DNA of 64,000 nt from Macrostomum hystrix (taxonomy: Eukaryota > Animalia > Platyhelminthes). Both the position numbers and the translations under genes were made by a program. Shown here in pieces: positions 54,469 to 64,000 of this stretch. The stretch is from assembly GCA_950097015.1 (NCBI GenBank), contig CATNEN010000003.1, forward strand, positions 15,624,001 through 15,688,000. Reading direction: 5' to 3'. The notes beneath the pieces were generated by a model. The model was not told the DNA's origin and made no database searches. It saw only the letters and a list, made by a program, of their open reading frames with translations. Positions within the stretch are counted from its first letter, which is position 1. Each line of letters begins with the position of its first letter.

Positions 54469-57400
54469 TTAAGCAGAATCACCGCCAAATGACTGCAGCA
54501 CATTGCCAGCATAACAATGATCCCAATAGTGTTCAACTCCGGCCTTCTTAAATATCTCCCTGCCGGCCATTTCAGTTGGGGCCATTTTAAACACCAACCG
54601 ATCGAACGCCCGATCCTTAGTTGAACCGGTCCAAACCAGGCTGCAGCGATTGTCTGCTATCTTGGCTTTGCCCTCAGTCCAACGGATTCTTTCTAGCATT
54701 AGTTTGCTGAATTTTCTAGTCTGCTTTGGGCCGCCTTCGACTACAACAACGCAGCAGTCGCGATGTGTTACGGCCACGCCGGTCATCTGCAGCTGGTTGG
54801 CGTTCGCCTCCACCTGAGGAGATTGGTGACATTAATTTGAGATGGGATAATTATAATGGGTTCGGGCTTGGGGATTTCAATTTGGTTTGGGATGGGATAA
54901 TTCTAATGGGTTCGGGCTTGGGGATTTCAATTTGGTTTGGGATGGGATAATTCTAATGGGTTCGGGCTTGGGGATTTCAATTTGGTTTGGGATGGGATAA
55001 TTCTAATGGGTTCGGGCTTGGGGATTTCAATTTGGTTTGGGAAGGGATAATTCTAATGGGTTCGGGCTTGGGGATTTCAATTTGGTTTGGGAAGGGATAA
55101 TTCTAATGGGTTCGGGCTTGGGGATTTCAATTTGGTTTGGGAAGGGATAATTCTAATGGGTTCGGGCTTGGGGATTTCAATTTGGTTTGGGAAGGGATAA
55201 TTCTAATGGGTTCGGGCTTGGGGATTTCAATTTGGTTTGGGAAGGGATAATTCTAATGGGTTCGGGCTTGGGGATTTCAATTTGGTTTGGGAAGGGATAA
55301 TTCTAATGGGTTCGGGCTTGGGGATTTCAATTTGGTTTGGGAAGGGATAATTCTAATGGGTTCGGGCTTGGGGATTTCAATTTGGTTTGGGAAGGGATAA
55401 TTCTAATGGGTTCGGGCTTGGGGATTTCAATTTGGTTTGGGATGGGATAATTCTAATGGGTTCGGGCTTGGGGATTTCAATTTGGTTTGGGAAGGGATAA
55501 TTCTAATGGGTTCGGGCTTGGGGATTTCAATTTGGTTTGGGAAGGGATAATTCTAATGGGTTCGGGCTTGGGGATTTCAATTTGGTTTGGGAAGGGATAA
55601 TTCTAATGGGTTCGGGCTTGGGGATTTCAATTTGGTTTGGGATGGGATAATTCTAATGGGTTCGGGCTTGGGGAATTCAATTTGGTTTGGGATGGGATAA
55701 TTCTAATGGGTTCGGGCTTGGGGATTTCAATTTGGTTTGGGAAGGGATAATTCTAATGGGTTCGGGCTTGGGGATTTCAATTTGGTTTGGGATGGGATAA
55801 TTCTAATGGGTTCGGGGATTTCAAATCGGTTTGAGATGGGATAATTCTTATGGGTTTGGGGTTGAGGATTTCAAATCGGTTTGAGATGGGATAATTCTTA
55901 TGGGTTTGGGGATTTCAAATTGGTTTGAGATGGGATAATTCTAATGGGTTCGGGCTTGGGGATTTCAATTTGGTTTGGGAAGGGATAATTCTAATGGGTT
56001 CGGGCTTGGGGATTTCAATTTGGTTTGGGATGGGATAATTCTAATGGGTTCGGGCTTGGGGATTTCAAATTAGTTTGAGATGGGATAATTCTAACGGGTT
56101 TGGGGTTGGGGATTTCAAATCGGTTTGAGATGGGATAATTCTTATGGGTTTGGGGTTGAGGATTTCAAATCAGTTTGAGATGGGATAATTCTGATGGGTT
56201 TGGGGTTAAGGATTTCAAATTTAGTTTGAAATGGGATATTTTATCTGCTTTATAATATGGTATGTTACGAACACGATTGAGATGGGATCATTCAAATAAA
56301 TAACAGAGATTGGACAACTTTAGGTGCTTTTTAAGGTAGATGTTAGGAGGGGCACTGTACGGGATATTTTTAATGGGATTGAGATGGAAATCGTTTATTG
56401 GATGAGACTATTACTGATCGATATTCATAAGATCTGTGTCATTTGTGTCTGATTTGTTCATTTTAGGATAACTATATAATAACAAACCTTAAATCGATGC
56501 GCCGGATCAGAGAGATCTTTAACCAGGAACACGCTAACGATGACGCCAGTCTTAGTATCCTCGGCCAGCTTGCGTAGCTTCTTAGCCCGCTTCTGCTCCG
56601 GAGTCAGCTGGCGGGCTGCGTTAGCCGCTTCGTGATCGCGTTTGCGCTTGTCCATCTGGGCGCGCACGAATGCCTCAGCTTTGGTTGGATCCTGTACGGC
56701 CTCGGAGCCTAGCACCTGGGGCGGGTTGACATGTTGGGGATTTATATTTTTAATTAACTGACTGACTCACTAATTTGTAGATAGTAACCAGGAGAAAAGG
56801 AGGAGAAACGGAGGGAGAGGGGAAGAAAGATGAAGGTAAAGGAGAAGAGATATGGAGGGTAAGGGGAATGGAGATGGAGGGAGAGGGGAAGAGAATTAGA
56901 GGGAAAGGGGAAGAGAATTAGAGAGAAAGAGGAAGAGAATTAGAGGGAGAGGGGAAGAGAATTAGAGGGAGAGGGGAAGAGAATTAGAGGGAGAGGGGGA
57001 GAGAATTAGAGGGAAAGGGGAAGAGAATTAAGGGGAAAGGGGAAGAGAATTAGAGGGAAAGGGGAAGATAATTAGAGCGAAAGGGGAAGAGAAATAGGGG
57101 GAAAGGGGAATGGAGATGGAGGGGGAGAGAATTAGAGGGAAAGGGGAAGATAATTAAGGGGAAAGGGGAAGAGACTTAGAGGGAAAAGGCAAGAGAGATG
57201 GGGAAGAGACAAAGCCATTCACACCAGATTGAATAACCGGGCCGATATGTATCGAAAAATAACAATTAAAAAGAGAACCGATTCTCACCCTCATGAGGTT
57301 GGTCATCCGAAGCTTGGGCTGCGGTGCGGGTACGAGGCCGAGCCTCTGCTTCTCCTGTTTCTCCTTCTGCATTTCAACCCGATTATGTCTACGCCATTTT

Positions 57401-60400
57401 TTCTGCTCAGCTTTGGTTAATTGCAATTTTATTTCAGGCGGCCTATCAGGGTACTGAGGCGCCTTCAGTTGCACCGGATGCTCCACTAGTCTGGTGATCC
57501 AATCCGGCTGGAGTAGATTAGCGATTGGTTCTCCGCTATCCAACACCGAGTAGCTTAAATCGTCGGATTTCAATAGGGGCGCGTCCCACCATTCAATGTT
57601 GGGCACAATTTCGTCAGTTTTACTAGCCGGTTGAATTGCGGCTAGTTTAGTGGCACAATCGATGCCTGTCTTTCTAGCCTTGGCTTTAGCCGATTCCTGC
57701 AGCCGGCGCAGCTGGGCTTTGGTGCGCAGGCGGTCGGCGAGCTTGATGAATTTGCCGGATTCGTGGAATGCGAATTGGCGACGCGACTGGCGAACAGGCA
57801 GCTTCTGGCTGTAGAATGGAGACGGTTAAATTATTGATTTCATTAGCTGGAGATCAGATTAGACAGCTGAGTGATAAGAGGGCTTAGTGATATTAGATTT
57901 GAGAACTGAGAGCTTGGAGATATGAGAATTGAGGGCTTGTGGGTGTGAGATATGAGAATTGAGGGCTTGTGGATGTGAGATATGAGAATTGAGGGCTTGT
58001 GGGTGTGAGATATGAGAATTGAGGGCTTAGTGATATTAGATTTGAGAACTGAGAGCTTGGAGATATGAGAATTGAGGGCTTGTGGATGTGAGATATGAGA
58101 ATTGAGGGCTTGTGGGTGTGAGATATGAGAATTGAGGGCTTAGTGATATTAGATTTGAGAACTGAGAGCTTGGAGATATGAGAATTGAGGGCTTAGTGAT
58201 ATTAGATTTGAGAACTGAGAGCTTGGAGATATGAGAACTGAGGGCTTAGTGATATTAGATTTGAGAACTGAGAGCTTGGAGATATGAGAATTGAGGGCTT
58301 GTGGGTGTGAGATATGAGAATTAAGGGCTTGTGGGTGTGAGATATGAGAATTGAGGGCTTGTGGGTGTGAGATATGAGGATTGAGGGCTTGTGGATGTGA
58401 GATATGAGAATTGAGGGCTTGTGGATGTGAGATATGAGGATTGAGGGCTTGTGGATGTGAGATATGAGAATTGAGGACTTGTGGGTGTGAGATATGAGAA
58501 TTGACGGCTTGTGGATGTGAGATATGAGGATTGAGGGCTTGTGGATGTGAGATATGAGGATTGAGGGCATGTGGATGTGAGATATGAGAATTGAGAGCTT
58601 GTGGATGTGAGATATGAGAATTGAGGGCTTGTGGGTGTGAGATATGAGAATTGAGGGCTTGTGGGTGTGAGATATGAGAATTGAGGGCTTGTGGATGTGA
58701 GATATGAGAATTGAGGGCTTGTGGGTGTGAGATATGAGAATTGAGGGCTTGTGGATGTGAGATATGAGAATTGAGGGCTTGTGGGTGTGAGATATGAGAA
58801 TTGAGGGCTTGTGGGTGTGAGATATGAGAATTGAGAGCTTGTGGATGTGAGATATGAGAATTGAGGGCTTGTGGGTGTGAGATATGAGAATTGAGGGCTT
58901 GTGGGTGTGAGATATGAGAATTGAGGGCTTGTGGATGTGAGATATGAGAATTGAGGGCTTGTGGATGTGAGATATGAGAATTGAGGGCTTGTGGATGTTA
59001 GATATGAGAATTGGGGGCTTGTGGATGTGAGATATGAGAATTGAGAGCTTGGGGATGAGATATGAGAATTGAGAGCTTGGGGATTAGATATGAGAATTGA
59101 GAGCTTGGGGATGTGAGATATGAGAATGGAGAGCTTGGGGATGTGAGATATGAGAATTGAGAGCTTGGGGATGTGAGATATGAGAATGGAGAGCTTGGGG
59201 ATGAGATATGAGAATTGAGAGCTTGGGGATGAGATATGAGAATTGAGAGCTGGGAGATGTGAGAATTGAGAGCTGAGAGATGTGAGAATTGAGAGCTGAG
59301 AGATGTGAGAATTGAGAGCTGGGAGTGAGAATTGAGACACTCACGATATTTTCGGATCGTAGAAACTGCTGCCCTCTAAACCGGTGGGCCCAATGCTGGG
59401 CTCGTCGTTCCCTTTCATAGCCTGCTTGAATTCTTCGGAGCGTTTCACGCGCAGGTTCACTTTCAGCGTCGGCTTGTGCTGGCCCAGTTGAACCTCTTCG
59501 CCTGTTAGACGGTCGATGGCGCGGCCTTGGGCGTCTATGATGAGGTTTCTACGAAAATGGGATCAGCGCGAGAGGATCAAGGATTCGAAGGAAAATCTGA
59601 CATCCCGCTAAATCCTATTCTGAAATCCCCCCCACTTATCCCCATTCTGACATCCCACTTATCCCCATTCTGACATCCCACTTATCCCCATTCTGACATC
59701 CCACTTATCCCCATTCTGACATCCCACTTATTCCCATTCTGACATCCCACTTATTCACATTCTGACATCCCACTTATTCCCATTCTGACATCCCACTTAT
59801 TCCCATTCTGACATCCCACTTATCCCCATTCTGACATCCCACTTATTCCCATTCTGACATCCCACTTATTCACATTCTGACATCCCACTTATCCCCATTC
59901 TGACATCCCACTTATCCCCATTCTGACATCCCACTTATCCTCATTCTGACATCCCCACTTATCCCCATTCTGACATCCCACTTATTCCCATTCTGACATC
60001 CCACTTATCCCCATTCTGACATCCCACTTATCCCCATTCTGACATCCCACTTATCCCCATTCTGACATCCCACTTATCCTCATTCTGACATCCCACTTAT
60101 TCCCATTCTGACATCCCACTTATCCCCATTCTGACATCCCACTTATTCCCATTCTGACATCCCACTTATTCACATTCTGACATCCCACTTATCCCCATTC
60201 TGACATCCCACTTATCCCCATTCTGACATCCCACTTATCCTCATTCTGACATCCCCACTTATCCCCATTCTGACATCCCACTTATTCCCATTCTGACATC
60301 CCACTTATCCCCATTCTGACATCCCACTTATCCCCATTCTGACATCCCACTTATCCCCATTCTGACATCCCACTTATCCTCATTCTGACATCCCCACTTA

Positions 60401-63400
60401 TCCCCATTCTGACATCCCACTTATCCCCATTCTGACATCCCACTTATCCCCATTCTGACATCCCACTTATTCCCATTCTGACATCCCCACTTATCCCCAT
60501 TCTGACATCCCACTTATCCCCATTCTGACATCCCACTTATCCTCATTCTGACATCCCACTAATCCTCATTCTGACATCCCACTTATCCCCATTCTGACAT
60601 CCCACTTATCCCCATTCTGACATCCCCACTTATTCCCATTCTGACATCCCCACTTATCCCCATTCTGACATCCCCACTTATCCCCATTCTGACATCCCCA
60701 CTTATTCCCATTCTGACATCCCCACTTATCCCCATTCTGACATCCCCACTTATCCCCATTCTGACATCCCACTTATTCCCATTCTGACATCCCACTTATC
60801 CTCATTCTGACATCCCACTTATTCCCATTCTGACATCCCACTTATTCCCATTCTGACATCCCACTTATCCTCATTCTGACATCCCACTTATTCCCATTCT
60901 GACATCCCACTTATCCTCATTCTGACATCCCACTTATTCCCATTCTGACATCCCCACTTATCCTCATTCTGACATCCCACTAATTCCCATTCTGACATCC
61001 CACTTATTCCCATTCTGACATCCCACTTATCCCCATTCTGACATCCCACTTATCCCCATTCTGACATCCCACTTATCCCCATTCTGACATCCCCACTTAT
61101 CCCCATTCTGACATCCCCACTTATCCCCATTCTGACATCCCCACTTATCCCCATTCTGACATCCCCACTTATCCCCATTCTGACATCCCACTTATCCTCA
61201 TTCTGACATCCCACTTATTCCCATTCTGACATCCCACTTATCCCCATTCTGACATCCCCACTTATCCCCATTCTGACATCCCCACTTATCCCCATTCTGA
61301 CATCCCCACTTATCCCCATTCTGACATCCCCACTTATCCCCATTCTGACATCCCACTTATCCTCATTCTGACATCCCACTTATTCCCATTCTGACATCCC
61401 CACTTATCCCCATTCTGACATCCCACTTATCCCCATTCTGACATCCCCACTTATCCCCATTCTGACATCCCACTTATCCTCATTCTGACATCCCACTTAT
61501 TCCCATTCTGACATCCCACTTATCCCCATTCTGACATCCCCACTTATCCCCATTCTGACATCCCCACTTATCCCCATTCTGACATCCCACTTATCCCCAT
61601 TCTGACATCCCCACTTATCCCCATTCTGACATCCCATTTATTCCCATTCTGACATCCCACTTATCCCCATTCTGACATCCCCACTTATCCCCATTCTGAC
61701 ATCCCCACTTATCCCCATTCTGACATCCCCACTTATCCCCATTCTGACATCCCACTTATTCCCATTCTGACATCCCCACTTATCCCCATTCTGACATCCC
61801 ATTTATTCCCATTCTGACATCCCACTTATCCCCATTCTGACATCCCACTTATCCCCATTCTGACATCCCACTTATCCCCATTCTGACATCCCACTTATCC
61901 CCATTCTGACATCCCATTTATTTCTTATTACTGATAATGCATCCCTATTCTAATAGTTATCCCAATTTAAAAACCTGAAAACATAGTTAACAAATACTCA
62001 CGTAGCGTTGACTTTTCTGGAAAAATTTTTAAAGAAGAAATATTAGTTTTTTTATGAATACATGATGTACATGCCTGTACATTGTACACAAAATATATTC
62101 GTAAAAAAAACAAAACTGCTATAGTAAACAATCAACATCTAGATATTCAGCATCAACACCTAGATATTCAGCATCAACAGCTAGATATTCAGCATCAACA
62201 CCTAGATATTCAGCATCAACACCTAGATATTCAGCATCAACAGCTAGATATTCAGCATCAACAGCTAGATATTCAGCATCAACACCTAGATATTCAGCAT
62301 CAACAGCTAGATATTCAGCATCAACACCTAGATATTCAGCATCAATCAGCTAGATATTCAGCATCAACACCTAGATATTCAGCATCAACACCTAGATATT
62401 CAGCATCAACACCTAGATATTCAGCAACAACACCTAGATATTCAGCATCAACACCTAGATATTCAGCATCAACAGCTAGATATTCAGCATCAACAGCTAG
62501 ATATTCAGCATCAACACCTAGATATTCAGCATCAACACCTAGATATTCAGCATCAACACCTAGATATTCAGCATCAACAGCTAGATATTCAGCATCAACA
62601 CCTAGATATTCAGCATCAACAGCTAGATATTCAGCATCAACACCTAGATATTCAGCATCAACAGCTAGATATTCAGCATCAACACCTAGATATTCAGCAT
62701 CAACACCTAGATATTCAGCATCAACACCTAGATATTCAGCAACAACACCTAGATATTCAGCATCAACACCTAGATATTCAGCATCAACAGCTAGATATTC
62801 AGCATCAACAGCTAGATATTCAGCATCAACACCTAGATATTCAGCATCAACACCTAGATATTCAGCATCAACACCTAGATATTCAGCATCAACAGCTAGA
62901 TATTCAGCATCAACACCTAGATATTCAGCATCAACAGCTAGATACTAAAGCACTCACGCAGGCTGGGGTGCAGAGGTGGTGGCAGCAGACGAAGCAGCGG
63001 CTGTGACAGGCATGGAGCCGGCAGGAACAAATTTAGGAGCCATCGCAATGGCGGCAGAGGAGGCGGCTGCGGCGGCAGCAGCAGCAGCGGCAGCAGGCAT
63101 CAAAGGTGTAATATAAGCCGAGCCCACACCGCCACCATTGTTAGTGCTGGCAGCGGAATTTAAGGAATCCGGCTTTAAAATATTCTTAATACCAGCCGCC
63201 TGCAGTCTAGCCTGTATCTGAGCGTGTAGCTCGGAGGTGCGCTGAATAGCTGCTGCTGCTGCTGCTGCTGCGGCAGCCGCTGCTACGATTGGCTGCTGCT
63301 GCTGAGTCTGCTGCGGAATAGGTTGCTGCTGCTGCTGTTGTTGCTGGTCTTGTGTAGTTTGCTGTTGCCAACCACTACTTCTAGTTGTACTTTGAGCCAT
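54469..63400 (-). CDS. PRPF3: U4/U6 snRNP protein Prp3; exons 63400-62958, 62016-62002, 59548-59345, 57808-57289, 56715-56488, 54813-54469 (~584 aa)
   Basis: Motifs [57 protein letters not shown]|[33 protein letters not shown]. All introns are GT-AG with consistent phases (2,2,2,0,0). Confidence 0.93.
54840..56230 (+). repeat. 50-bp minisatellite in PRPF3 intron 5
   Basis: (ttctaatgggttcgggcttggggatttcaatttggtttggga[a/t]gggataa)n. Confidence 0.95.
56800..57200 (+). repeat. ~22-bp purine-rich repeat in PRPF3 intron 4
   Basis: (ggggaagagaattagagggaaa)n, degenerate. Confidence 0.85.
57880..59335 (+). repeat. 30-bp minisatellite in PRPF3 intron 3
   Basis: (gagatatgagaattgagggcttgtggatgt)n. Confidence 0.95.
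59595..61920 (+). repeat. 23/24-bp minisatellite in PRPF3 intron 2
   Basis: (ccccattctgacatcccacttat)n. Confidence 0.97.
62130..62945 (+). repeat. 21-bp minisatellite in PRPF3 intron 1
   Basis: (ctagatattcagcatcaaca[c/g])n. Confidence 0.97.
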
Positions 63401-63574
63401 GATTTATTATTGGATTTCTTTCTTTAGCTGTGTGTAGGTAGGTCTGTAAGGAAGAGTAGACAAGTAGACAAGTTGCTTATCAAGCCATGATATAATGCCG
63501 GTACACATTTTTATTTATAATGTTTGTTATCTCCTATTCTGAGATATTCTTTATCCTTGAACCATTATTCTGAA

Positions 63575-63770
63575 GGCGGCGTACGGCTGTTCAATCCATG
63601 GACGGGCGGGACACCAGACCCACTATCAATTACCCCGGCCGATGCTGGTACCAATTTAACAGCTGAGTGAACTGAAGCAAATCAGAGTTAGTTGAGTTGC
63701 TAAAGGCCACAAATTGTTACAAAAGAGTGGGGAATCGAACCCCCGACCGCCAAGTACAAAGCTCTAGCAA
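63575..63770 (-). mobile_element. Degenerate tRNA-derived CORE-type SINE
   Basis: Minus-strand B box GGGGTTCGATTCCCC (63729-63744), followed by tgtggcctttagcaactcaactaactctgatttgcttcagttcactcagctgttaaattggtacc, which resembles the MIR/CORE domain. Confidence 0.55.
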
Positions 63771-64000
63771 ATAGGCTAAAGCCCCTTTGGGTCGCGAGTT
63801 CGAGTCCTGAGCACACCTTCCTTCATCTATTAACAATGAGAGCCAGCCAAATCTGAGGTTTCTTAAATTTAGTCTTAAAAAACCATTAAATCCATTAAAT
63901 CTACACTCTACTCTGACTACTAAGAGTAAAATTAGAGTTCTACGCCGGTTTTTAAGAAATAATGAATGTGTTTACTTTTATTGAAAATAAAATACGCACA

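Noticed and set aside
63720-63815. tRNA gene suggested by B-box motifs
   Set aside because: No complete cloverleaf; better explained as SINE heads

Overview
Repeat-rich animal (eukaryotic) DNA. The GT-AG introns, poly-Q/poly-A exons and a different 11-50 bp minisatellite in almost every intron and intergenic gap resemble a free-living flatworm such as Macrostomum, but the organism is only a guess. Minisatellites cover roughly 24 kb of the window. The left third (1-23.7 kb) is the most interesting part. It holds a head-to-head inverted pair of very large intronless genes: 13326-20975 (+, 2549 aa) and 5904 to <1 (-), which stays open to the window edge and is missing from the ORF track. A third truncated, mosaic copy lies at 22.8-23.7 kb. 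Each encodes a NERD/PD-(D/E)XK-like nuclease, a Schlafen/UvrD-like SF1 helicase and a run of catalytically degenerate USP (C19)-like repeats, with short hypervariable blocks that appear shuffled between copies. Between the two divergent genes lie decayed Polinton/adintovirus-like genes (double-jelly-roll major capsid, penton-like minor capsid, possible PLA2), partly arranged as a ~760 bp inverted repeat, plus a hAT MITE and an LTR-like remnant. The rest of the window holds a PC4-domain ORF, a cytosolic sulfotransferase, a divergent Rab-like GTPase, a 2-exon prostanoid (EP4-like) GPCR, a 6-exon PRPF3, tRNA-derived SINEs and about 20 minisatellite arrays. All family assignments come from motif recognition by eye and none has been confirmed by database search.
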